From contig JAGIQG010000004.1 of assembly GCA_024679065.1 (NCBI GenBank), forward strand, positions 62,372,001 to 62,436,000: a stretch of DNA of 64,000 nt, given 5' to 3'. This DNA comes from Sphyrna mokarran. Its lineage: Eukaryota. The notes beneath the pieces were generated by a model that saw only the letters and a program-made list of their open reading frames with translations, was not told where the DNA came from and searched no databases. This document shows, one piece after another, positions 23,101-33,471 of this stretch (its first letter is position 1; the number at the start of each line of letters is the position of its first letter). The translations under genes and the position numbers were made by a program.

Positions 23101-26100
23101 TCTGACTTCATTACTCAAAACTAATTTGTTATTTTCCAGCTGAAATATTCCTCCAAAATATGGACATGGCACTTTAGGAAGGATGTCAATGTCTCAGAGG
23201 GAGAGGAGTGGGGTGTGGAGCAGAGAAGATATTCACTTGGATTTTGCAAGATCACGAAGATTCTTTAAGCAGGGAGACTGGAGAAGTTTGGGCTCTTTTT
23301 CAGAGTTTAAAAAAGTTTAGAATAATCTGATGGTATTGTTCATAGCATTGACTTGTTTAATATAACAAATGCAAGAAATATGACAATAAAGTTACGTAAA
23401 GATACTGATTTTGGGGAATTTGGTCAAAATCAGAGGCAACATGGAGGAAGCCAATGCACAAAGCATGTTGATGTCAGTTGGAATACATTGCCTGAAAACA
23501 AAAGGAGTATTCCAACAGTTCAATTTAGAAGAGAGTTGTATAAAATTTGAAGGGAGAATATTTCTAGAGTTATGGGGGCACTGGTGAGATGAATTAATTA
23601 GATAGCTCTACGAAAGAGCATGCAAATTATAAGGGGTATAGAGTAAACAGGGTTAAGCTTTTTCCTAGGATGGACTCAAATAGCACGAGAGCTCAGGGGC
23701 TTAGGGTGAGGGGGGTGAGGTATAATGTGGATGCTAGAGGGAATTTTTTTCACACAGAGGGTGGTGGGGGTATGGAACGCGCTGCCAAGTAAAGTGGTGG
23801 AGGCAGGCATCTGGAGTTATTTAAGAGATACTTAGATGGGCACATGAACAGAATGGGAATGGAGGGATATAGAAAACTGATTTAAAATAGGGATCATGAG
23901 CCTTGGGAGCTCCCTGGGAAGTGTGTAAATTGTCGAAGATATTATTGCATTTGTTTTATCCTACAGGTATTTTGGTCCGCTGTGTTGTTTAACAAGAGGC
24001 ATACACGCGATAGGTCGTGAGGGGCTACTCTTGGATTTTTTGAAAGTATCCTAGTGCTTCATGTCGTTAGGGTACACTTGACCTGGACCATTTGATGAGC
24101 AACACAATAGCTCAGTGACTATCGCTGTGCTGTGTAGATACATGGATTTGAGCCTGCATCTGTGAGAGTTTGCGCATTCTCCCCATGCTTGCGTGGGTTT
24201 TCTCCGGGTGCTCCGGTTTCCTCCCACACCCCCAAATATGTGCTCTTAGGCTGTTTGGCAAAACAATTTCTCCCTAAATTGTCTCAAAATTGATTCTAAT
24301 GCATAGATCTATAAACATAGTCAGGGATCATTGGTAGGAGTGGAAACATCGAGGTGGCGGCATGGGCTCGTTGGGCCGAAGGACCTGTTTTCCGTGCTGC
24401 TTTGTTCTTTATTCTTTGCAGTGTTATGATAAACTGAACTCCCTACTTGTGTGCAGTACGATTGCAAATAGAACTGTTCAGTCCATGAAATTGATTGTTT
24501 ATTTTTAAAATTTGCAGTGAATGTGCATTCACTACATTAACTTTCACGTTATTCTGAAGGTGAGTGACATTGTGGTAGAGCAAATTCGCTTTGCAGTTTC
24601 AGTAGTGCTGAGTTATCAGACAGGTATCTTTGCAGCTCCCTTTTTCAAGTGTATGCAGTTGGAATTTTCTGTTCATCTCCACATGGTGAGTCAATTTATA
24701 ATCAAATTAAGTTTCATGATGTTTATTATTTATAAAGCACAAATTACGATAATAATGTTAATAACTAACATCGATTAATCTATTGGCTATCCACTGAAGA
24801 TGTCTCAAGTCCGTTTCCTCACATCACATAACTTCACTGATATTGTGGATGAGAGCTTTATAAGGACAGGGCAGTTGGAAAATGTTTTGATTGATTTATT
24901 CCTCAAATGGATCCGAATGTGAATTTTGTGTTTTTGGTAAGAGCCTCACAAAGTTATAGTGACCCTTTAGAATCTGTACACAATAACATATTTCATTCAT
25001 TAATTAACATGATATTTGCATTGCCAACTAAGTCAGCAGTATTGTCTATTTCAATTAGCTTGAGAGGTGAATTGCACTATTGAACCCCCGACGCCCATGT
25101 GGTTTAGGTGCACCCACAGTACTGTTAAGGGAGAGTTGTGGAATTTTAACCTGAAAACAATCAGGTAATGGTGACATATTTCCAAATCAGCATGGTGAAT
25201 GATTTAGAGGCGATATTGCAGGGAGTGCTATTCTCCATGGTTTGCTGCCTTTGTCTGGATGGGTGATAGCAGTCTTGTGTTTAAAAGGTGCTATCTCAGG
25301 AGGCTTGCTGAGCTGCTTCAATCATTTTTGCTGCTGACAATGTTCGTCAAGAGGCTGTGGTTCTATTCTTTACTGTTGGAGATGGCCACAGCCTGACACT
25401 TGTGTCATGTGAAGGTTGTTTGTCTTTTGCCCGCCCAGGCCTGGATATTGTTTAGGTCTTGTTGCTTTTGGATATGAAGTGCTTCAGCATCTGAGGATTT
25501 ATGAATGTTGCTAGACACTGTGCTGTCATCAATGATGTTCCCATTTCTGATCTTAAGATGGAAAGAAGAGGACCCGTGAAATAACTGAAGAAACCTGGTC
25601 CAGGACAGCACTCTGAGGAACTCCTGCAGTGATATGCAGGAATGGATAACCATCATCCTTTGTGCCAAATATGATTCAACCCAGCAGAGGGATTCCCCTT
25701 TGTCCCATTGATACAGATTTTGCTAGGCTGTTTGATGACATAATCCATCATATACTGATTTGATGTCGGGGATGTAACTCTTTTGCACCTCTATTATTTC
25801 TGCTACTTTGGTAGAAATAATAGAAGGAAGGATTATTATTTAAAAGGCGAAAAGCTGCAGCATACTACAGTACAGAGGAACTTGAAGGCCTTTGTGCCCG
25901 AATCGCAAAAACTCAGTCTGCGAGTGCAGGCAGGTGATCAAGAAGGCGAATGGAATGTTGGCCTTTATAACGAGGGGGATAGAATGTAAAAGCAAGGAGG
26001 TTTTGCTGCAACTGTACAGGACAGTGGTGAGGCTGCAACTGGAGTACTGCGTGCAGTTTTGGTCGCCACATTTGTGAAAGGATACATTGGCCTTGGAGGG

Positions 26101-29100
26101 ATGCAGACAGGGTTCACTAGGCTGATACCGAAGATGAGGAGGTTAGTTTATGAGGCGAGAATGGATAGACTGGGTCTGTACTTGTTGGAGTTTAGAAGGA
26201 TGAGGAGAGATTTTACAGAAACAATAAGGTAATGAAGGGTCTAAATAGGCTAGAGGTAGAGAGGTTCTTCCTGCTTAGAAAGGATAGCAGAACTAGAGGG
26301 CACAGCCTCAAAGTAAGGGGAAGGAGAGCAGTTTCGATCGGAGTTGAGGAGGAACTTCTTCACTCAAAGGGTGATGAGTCTCTGAAATTCTCTGCCCACT
26401 AAAGTGGTGGAGGCTACCTCGCTGAATATATGTAAGATACGGGTAGATAGGTTTCTGATAGACAAGGGAATCAAGGATTATGAGGAGAAAACGGGAAAGT
26501 GAAACTGATCCACTTCTGTTCAGCCATGATCTTGTTGCATGTGGCAGGCTCGAGGGGAGAGATGGCCTACTCCTGGTCCCATTTCTTAAGTTCTTATGTT
26601 CTAGAGTTAACTCTTTTAGTCACGAATGAACCAAAGCTGAAATGAGATCAAGAAGTGAATGGTCCCTGTGGAATTCAATCTGAGCATCATTGAGCATGTT
26701 TATTGCTAAGCAGGTGCTGCTTGATAGCGCTGTTGCAGATTCTTGCATCACTCCATCAATTTCCTGATGATCCGGGGCAGATTCACGGGTTAGTCATTAA
26801 TCCAGTTGGATGCATCCCGTTTCTGGTACACAGGACATATTGATCGGTATTTGCCAGTGTTGTAGTTGCATGGAAACAGCTTGATCAGGTGCACTGCATG
26901 TTCTGGAGCACAAGTCTTCAATATTATTGCTGGGATATTGTCAGAGTTCAAAAACTTTACAGTGTCCAATGCCTTCTGCCGTTTTTTGGTATAAAGTGGA
27001 GTAAATTGAATTGATTGAAGACTGACGTTTGTGGTGCTGGGGAGCCAAGATGATTCATTTGGTGTGCAACTTTGCAGAAAATTATCGTGACTGTTTAGGC
27101 CTTTCATGTTATACTCTTGTGCTGGTATTCTCTATCGTTGATGACAGAGATATGTATGGAGCCTCCTGCTCCAATCAACCATCTAATTCCTCCTGCAACA
27201 TGGACAAGCATTCTCTGTGTAGAAATTGAAGTTACGTACTCCATATGAATCATCCATCATCCTGGTATCAAAGAAAAGCCAGAAAAGCCTGAATGACTAT
27301 CGTCTGGTGGCTCTAACATCCATCATTAAGAATGCTTTGAAAGGCCCCCTAGATTGCTTTGATCCACTGCAGTTCATCTATTATTGCAACAGATCCACAG
27401 CAGATGCCATCTCCCTGTCCCTACAGTAAACCCTGGAACAACTAGGTATCAAAGAAATCTACGTCAGACTCCTATTCATTGACTACAGTTCAATCTTCAT
27501 TCATTATTCCTACAATACCCAATTCCCAATTCCGTGGTCCGGTACTCAGCTCCTCCCTCTGTGACCTGATCCTCAACTTCCTCACACACAGATAACAAGC
27601 ATTAAGGATAGGTGACAACACTTGCTCCATGATCATTCTCAAAACTGATGTCCCAGAAGGCTGTGTCCCCAGCCCCCTAATGCACTCGTTATACATCTGT
27701 AACTGTGTGGTTAAATTCCACTCCAACTCAATTTTCAACTTTGCTGATGACAAATCAGCATAGTGGTGGGTCTTAATTCAAACAATGATGTGTCAATGTG
27801 CAAGAAAGAGATAGACAATATGGTGAGCCGGTGCGACAGTAATAACCTCTCCCTCAATGCCGACAACACGATAGAGATAATCATCGATTTCAGGAAGCAT
27901 AGTAGAGGACATGCCCCTTCCAAAATCAATGGGAATGAAGTGTAAGTGGTGGGGAGCTTCACGAGTTTAGGTGTTTAGGTCACCAACAACTTGTCCTGGT
28001 TCCTCCATGCAGACCCAATAGTTTAGAAAGACCACCAATGCCTCTACTTTCTCAGGAATCAAGAGGAATTTTGCATATATGCAAGGACTCTCACCATTTT
28101 TTACGGATGCACCATCGAAACCGTTCTTTCTGTTTGTATCATAGCTTGGTATGGCTCCAGCTTTGTCCAAGACTGCAGAAAAAAAAACTATGAAATGTCG
28201 TAAATGAAGGTCAGTACATCACACAAACCAACGTCCCATCCATCGACTCTGTCTAACTTTCCCGCTGCTCGTTAAGCAATTAGCATAATCCATGATGCCA
28301 CACACTTGGGACATATTCTTTTCCACCTTCTTTCCTCGGGAAAATGTTACAAAATTGTGAAGACACTTACCAATCGACTCAAAAACAACTTCTGTTTCGG
28401 TGTCATCAAACTTTTGAATGGACCTACCTCTTATTAAGTTCATTCGTCTCTCTACCCTAACTATAATTGTAACACCACATTCTGTACATCCGATATGCTT
28501 TGACTGCATAACGCGCAAGAAACAATACTTTTCACTACATTTTAATAAATGTGAAAATAATAAATCAAATCAAGTTAAAAAGAATCATCCACTACTTTGT
28601 CCGACTTCGTGACATGTGTCCGCTCGACAATTCATTTCTGCCGTAGCAATGAGCGCTCTTCATCTAATGTCTTTAATACATTTCTGCTGTAGATTTGGCG
28701 GATAGGACGGCCCAGATCATGTCCCTAATTCCAACAAGATACAATTTACAGGAGTAATTTAGGATTCTTACCCTGATCGCGAAGTACGTAGCTGTCCTTG
28801 ACTGGCATTCTGACAGAAATATGAGAAACTTGGCAGGTATAAACGAACCCGATGTCAACAGGTTTGAGAGAGCTGGAAATCTGATACAGTCCCTCCTCGT
28901 TCTCCCATTCTGTAGTATTAACTCCAGTTCTAATTTCCGTGTCATTTTTGTGCCAAGTGAGGTTGAAATCTTTCGGGAAGAAAGCAGCAGTTTTACAGAG
29001 CAGTGCGAGGGATGGAGAGGACAGAAGCGTTATCTTCACCGATGTTGGCGGCACTGCGAATGAATTAATGGACCTGAATTAAAATTGCTATTCGTGCATT

Positions 29101-32100
29101 GCATCCAGGAGAAAGAACATAAAAGTAATACTTTCCTGGAAGAGAGAACATGTGGCAGCTGGAGTAGGAGAATCTTATTGCTGCAATAATTTGTGTTGCC
29201 TGAAGCAGTGAGCGGAAATATATTTAAATACCATCTTCAGTGAGCATGCTGAGGGGAGACCCACTCTACGCTGAAATAAACTTAAGTTCCAATTATACTG
29301 AACCGGGTAGTGAGAAGTCTCAGCTCTCTCTGAAAGTGTTTCATTATAGTTCGGACATCTAGAATCGTCACTGGTGAAATGCGCAGAATGCAAAATGAGA
29401 CATGCCAAAAAAGCAGAATGGACTCGTTATCTCAACAATTCACGGATTCAATTTCCGAGTAAAACTCTCTCTGACACCATACGAATTTATGTTTAGTATC
29501 TTACCTGTGATGAGCTTTTTGGAAATATTGTTGCTTCATCTGACCGGCAGAGTTCTCCCTGTACATCGTTTCCCTCTCTTCACTTTTCTATGGAAAAGAT
29601 GGTCAGGTTTCCGGCCACAGACCATGAGTTCTGCCGCAGTCAGTTCTTTGCCTTCTTGCATTCTTAATACATTCCCGCAATGTTAAACTGATTCACTTCG
29701 TCTCCCTGTCCTTGATGTTCTTTAATGGTAAATCTGCTAATCCATTCTTGGCTCCGATCAAACATCAACGTCTACCATCCCCTCAGTCTGTGTTTTTGCA
29801 TGACATTACATTGTTGAGCCTTTCCCAGCAGTCAAAACGCGTTCAAAGCCGTGTTCAAATCCTTGCGCTAATTATCACTTTAGTTCGCTCTTATCTTCAA
29901 GTTACAGGCCTAATGTCACTAAATAAGTAGATTTTCTATCCCATTGTTATCATTATTACGGCCCTCGAAATATAAGCATTCTCAGAACTGTGGTCTGTTG
30001 AAGGACTCATATTCATTTTCTCGCAGGATTCATTTATTCCTGACAGGGGCAAAATATCAATCTTTCTCTATTGTTCACATCGCCAGATAGGGGAGAAACT
30101 TACTTCCTCTCTCCTAGCCAGGAGATCAATTCTCATTAAAACACCCACACCTCCAGTTTCTGCATTCAAAAGTTCAAATTCCAGCGCTGGAACCTATTAA
30201 ATGAAACATGTTCAGCGCAATTCTTAGACTCAAACACAGCCAACCGAGATCATCCACGATTCTTCCTTCCCGCAGGCTGAGACACCTTGTGATTCAAGAT
30301 TCCACAATCCGCTTATTTTCTCTTCACTTTGAATAATTGATAAAATTTTTTTTGCAACATTCCAATCTTCATCAGATTGACAAGGCTCCAGATTGAAAGT
30401 AGAATTTCTGAGGCAGTTATTATTTGTATCTTCATCATGTGCAAACTTTGGAAATTCCACTCTGCTCCACCAACCCCTTTTACAATTTGAATCATTCTCA
30501 GTAAGTTACTTCCTTTCAAATGTCCACAGCCCACTACACTCCACCCTGGCATCTACTGAAACTATAAACCCCAAACTGCTACCTACTGTGCAAGGACTAT
30601 TTGACCTCTGAGTTTAAATCTCATCCACGCATTTATCCAAACAGATGACTATGGTCCCGTATCTGATCCTGCATTAACTTCTCGTCCGCCCACACAGAAA
30701 CCCATTCACTTTTGGATCTAATGAACACATTAATTTGCTCCTCCATCTGCATTTCATTGGCACTTGTCTAAATACGATTGCAAACTGTTGTAAACGAGTT
30801 TTTATTCTCCATTCGTTCATCTTCTACTTGAAACATGTCCTGCTGTCTCGCACCGGAATCTATGGGAGGTATTTCTGCTTCTTCACTTCCATCCTTTTGG
30901 AGTCTCAGACAGAATTGAAACAGGACAAATTCCCATCCAGTTTTACAAAAATCCATTTCTTAGCTGTTAAAATCTAAAAATTAATTCATCAATTGGACTA
31001 AAAATAGAACTAATCGAGACTGCTGTAAATTAAATCTATTGACTTTACATTACATCTAATTCAAACCTCCTTTTAGAGCTAGAAAATTGCATGCGCCCTC
31101 TCAACTTTAAATGAAATCTATAAAAAAACAATGCCATATATTTGTATTTAAAATAAAATGTAATCCTAAAATACAATGGGTAATAGAAGCAAATAAATGG
31201 TTCTTGGTAAGTTAACTTGCATCAGCATTACTAAAACATGTTAGCAAATCTAGTCATTACTTCATTACATTAATTATGCATAGTATCATGCAATACTAAT
31301 TACTGTTTATATTGATATCGCTCTCCCTCGGCATGTCCCGCCATCCCCTGCCGCCCTTACCCCTTTCCAATCTGTATACTTCCTGCAGCTATTTTCTGAC
31401 AGTGATGAAAATCTCTTTGTTATACTAGATTAGATTCACCCGGCAACTCATCCCTGTGTGCTGGTGCTGTCGTCAGGTCTGTGTTAAGGGGGTGAATTAA
31501 ATGTTGGCAATAGTAATATATTTGAAGACTTCAGTTCGTCTTCCTTATGTTATACATGTTTATAAACAAATTAAAACAGAAACCTTGACATGTTTAACAA
31601 CATTTTATCACTATTGAGATTACCAGAGCAGGTTCGAGACTAGACGTTCTGCAACAAATAATGAAAGTATTGGTTACATAAAGTATCCCCGCATCTGCAA
31701 AGGCAGGATTCTGCTGGAATAATCTCCATTTAGCTGGGTGAGAATAGCTGTAGAACGCGCGCCAAATTCCGAAAAAAGCATCTAACGTAAGTCAATCCAT
31801 TACTGAAACAACCATTACCTTCACTATCCTCGCACCGCAGTATGCGCTGTCTAAAAGATACATCACTCGCCAAGCAGGCGTGTGACAAAACATTTCAAGG
31901 ACGTCAGCCACATGGGACGAACAGCTTTTCATCAAGATAAATAGCATCCTGAACTGGTCATATATCACCGTTTGTTCCTTGTCACTGAATAAAAACCTGA
32001 AATTCCCAATTCAAAACATCGATTACAGCCATTGATGAAAATCATCCCTCGACCAAAGAGGAATGTAGAATATGAGTAAGAAAATAATGGTGCCTGTGTT

Positions 32101-32967
32101 AACGTGAATTAATTGAAGTAAATGACGGATAATAAAAATCCCGAGAATTAATTGAGGTAAATGACAGATAATAAACATTTCTCTGGAAATGATCTGGATT
32201 CATGTAAACTGTAGTGATTCTATGGCATTATGGGATATTGAAAAGGAGAAAAGGGAGAGAAAAAACATTGACAATCTAATTTTCACTATTGGGCAAGTGT
32301 TGCTATTCGTCGCGCGGGAACACGCAACATTCACTGCAAAAATTGTAAAGTAACAACACAAATCAGACCTGAGCGAAAGTTCCGTCGGATTGCTCAGTTA
32401 TTTTTCTGATATTCACCTGCAGAATTTTACGCCAGCCCGTTTCTCTCTCATTATCACTCACCGTGTACAATAAGCTCAGTCCCACTGCCATTGGCGATTG
32501 ATCCATGTTTAACGCTGCAATAATAGAAACCAGAGTCCTGGAAACTCACATTCAGAAGGTGCAATTCGGAAAATCCTTGACCATGAATCAGGATCATTTT
32601 GCTTTTCTCGGTAGCCAGATCCAACATCACGGCTTGGCTGCGTTTCCACCAAGAAGCAGGAATTATTGCGTTGCCATCGAAAAGCTGCATAGAGCAATTC
32701 ATGGTAATATTTGCACCTTTTATCTGAGTCGCACGTGTCGGCACCTGGACCACCGAGATAGCGGCTTCGAGCGTAGCTGTCAGAAATCAGCACCAACAGG
32801 ATTATAGACAGAGGTAATGATAACCATACTTTCAAATATAATGAAAAAAACAGTAATAAACAATATCCTATATTGCTTTCGCTATTTAATCAAACTATAA
32901 TAAAAAAAACACCTGTATAAATAATGCCCAGAGCCGAGAGGTAATGCAGTAGACGTAATGCAGACAT
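19976..32967 (-). CDS. Spliced 7-exon gene (361 aa): type I membrane IgSF receptor, leader-V-C1-TM-cytoplasmic ITIMs (SIRP/PRARP-like non-rearranging V-C1 receptor)
   Basis: Exons 32967-32913, 32776-32462, 29053-28772, 22230-22105, 21425-21382, 20347-20234 and 20125-19976. Lengths 55+315+282+126+44+114+150=1086 nt give one open frame from ATG to TGA. Every intron is GT-AG with matching phases (1,1,1,1,0,0). Orthology cannot be assigned without a search. Confidence 0.88.
20234..20347 (-). CDS. Exon 6: cytoplasmic exon with degenerate tyrosine motifs
   Basis: Acceptor aactcttatcag|, donor CCTG|gtaaga, 114 nt, phase 0-0; TMRAGEAGNPNCAALNHRELTETGRREIRDEGSTVYVL. Confidence 0.8.
20778..21060 (-). 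mobile_element. HE1/V-SINE in intron 5
   Basis: aaaccggagcaccaggaggaaacc...aatgtgcaaactcc reverse-complement V-core; tagaatcatagaatc tail. Confidence 0.85.
21382..21425 (-). CDS. Exon 5: short cytoplasmic exon (DRKAAEEITDKSKKQ)
   Basis: Acceptor gctttttcctaatag|, donor GCAG|gtcagt. The 44 nt convert phase 1 to phase 0, exactly as needed to read exons 6-7 in frame. Confidence 0.78.
21615..21795. mobile_element. Degenerate short Penelope-derived inverted-repeat element in intron 4
   Basis: aaaagcagaaattgcggaaaatactcaacagg resembles the PLE terminus at 9708-9745, with an imperfect reverse-complement arm downstream. Confidence 0.45.
22105..22230 (-). CDS. Exon 4: stalk, transmembrane and juxtamembrane segment
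   Basis: Acceptor tttgtcttcactag|, donor GATG|gtaagg, 126 nt, phase 1-1; DKEDRKILYLKVSGSVAGVLIILMMTAILRILFKRCDLDGSD. Confidence 0.85.
23622..24417 (+). mobile_element. CR1 family A 3' fragment in intron 3 (antisense to the gene), nested in an older CR1 (23150-23620)
   Basis: Highly similar to 1790-2587. Confidence 0.92.
25010..27170 (-). mobile_element. Old CR1-clade LINE fragments, interrupted at 25785-26607
   Basis: DLNNIQAWA, IPAIILKTCAPE and VYQKRDASN RT-region remnants in ORFs 25405-25668 and 26790-27107. Confidence 0.7.
25785..26607 (+). mobile_element. CR1 family D 3' fragment with apparent 10-bp TSD
   Basis: KKANGMLAFI...LEYCVQFWSP; TAACTCTTTT occurs at 25775-25784 and 26608-26617. 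Confidence 0.88.
27245..28575 (+). mobile_element. Rex1/Babar-type non-LTR retrotransposon relic
   Basis: LNDYRLVALTS, DPLQF, RSTADAIS, GCVPSP, FADD, IIDFRK motifs; (AAATC)n tail. Confidence 0.85.
28772..29053 (-). CDS. Exon 3: Ig C1-set domain
   Basis: Acceptor ttcattcgcag|, donor CAGG|gtaaga, 282 nt, phase 1-1. LLCKTAAFFPKDFNLTW...GLYQISSSL...YTCQVSH carries the C1 hallmarks (FxP, W, YxxxS, CxVxH). Confidence 0.93.
32462..32776 (-). CDS. Exon 2: Ig V-set domain with J-like G strand
   Basis: Acceptor ttctgacag|, donor CACG|gtgagt, 315 nt, phase 1-1. Translation ATLEAAISVVQVPTRATQIKGANITMNC...ASWWK...LHLLNVSFQDSGFYYCSVKHGSIANGSGTELIVH shows B-strand Cys, C-strand Trp, DSGxYYC and GxGT motifs. 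Confidence 0.93.
32913..32967 (-). CDS. Exon 1: signal peptide (MSALRLLHYLSALGIIYT)
   Basis: ATG at 32967, hydrophobic leader, 55 nt ending in phase 1 at ACAG|gtgttt; typical IgSF leader exon 136 nt upstream of the V exon. Confidence 0.85.
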
Positions 32968-33240
32968 TCTGTGCAAAGCCGATGAATCTATTCCGAAACT
33001 CAGCGAAAACACTGACAGATGCGAGAAATGGATAGATTTGAAGAGAACCAGACGTTAGATGTGCTGTAATATCAAGCAGCGGAAGGTAACAGAAGTTACA
33101 ACATCAATGTACTTGTTTGCCTTAACGTCAGAGCTGAGATCACACTCTGATAGTTGAAACCACACATACCAATGTTTTTCGTGACCATATGGAACATTTC
33201 CGTATCACATGAAAGTTTCCGCGTTGGTACAGACTTTATC
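32968..33240 (-). promoter_or_regulatory. 5'UTR/proximal promoter of the IgSF gene
   Basis: Non-repetitive DNA directly upstream of the ATG that aligns by eye with 59880-60137 upstream of the paralog. Contains a RUNX consensus TGTGGTT (33158-33164) and an ETS-like CGGAAG core (~33080). TSS not determinable. Confidence 0.5.
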
Positions 33241-33471
33241 TTATTAAAGATGTGAGCTACTGGTTACAAATACGATTGTGCGGCCAATACTGTCCAGTTC
33301 TATTTTCAACATCTTCGGTTCAATTTCTTGGGGCCAATGTATCAGTCAGCGGGGCGGCTGTGGCCGCCCTTTTTTATAGATTCCGATATGAAAATAACAG
33401 TTCAGATGGGCCGCAGTGAAATTGATTGGCCTTTCGGACATCAAAAAGATAGAAATGATAGAGTTGTAGAA

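Noticed and set aside
29505-29587. Exon-like segment (ccatag|...cacag|gtaaga) in the V-C1 intron
   Set aside because: 83 nt, and entering in phase 1 gives an immediate TGA; incompatible with the reading frame (at most a poison exon, unsupported).
30230-30956. Short minus-strand ORFs as extra exons or a second Ig domain
   Set aside because: No Ig motifs and no convincing phase-1 splice pair.
31625-31649. Possible micro-exon (ttgcag|...ctg|gtaatc)
   Set aside because: 25 nt would frameshift the C1 exon.
32380-32470. Recombination signal sequence after the V exon (rearranging Ig/TCR locus)
   Set aside because: No CACAGTG-spacer-ACAAAAACC seen; V already includes the G strand and ends in a splice donor.
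32509-32835. 108-aa ORF with a signal-peptide-like start overlapping the V exon
   Set aside because: Alternative frame starting at a non-ATG codon in the intron; the hydrophobic start is the polypyrimidine tract.
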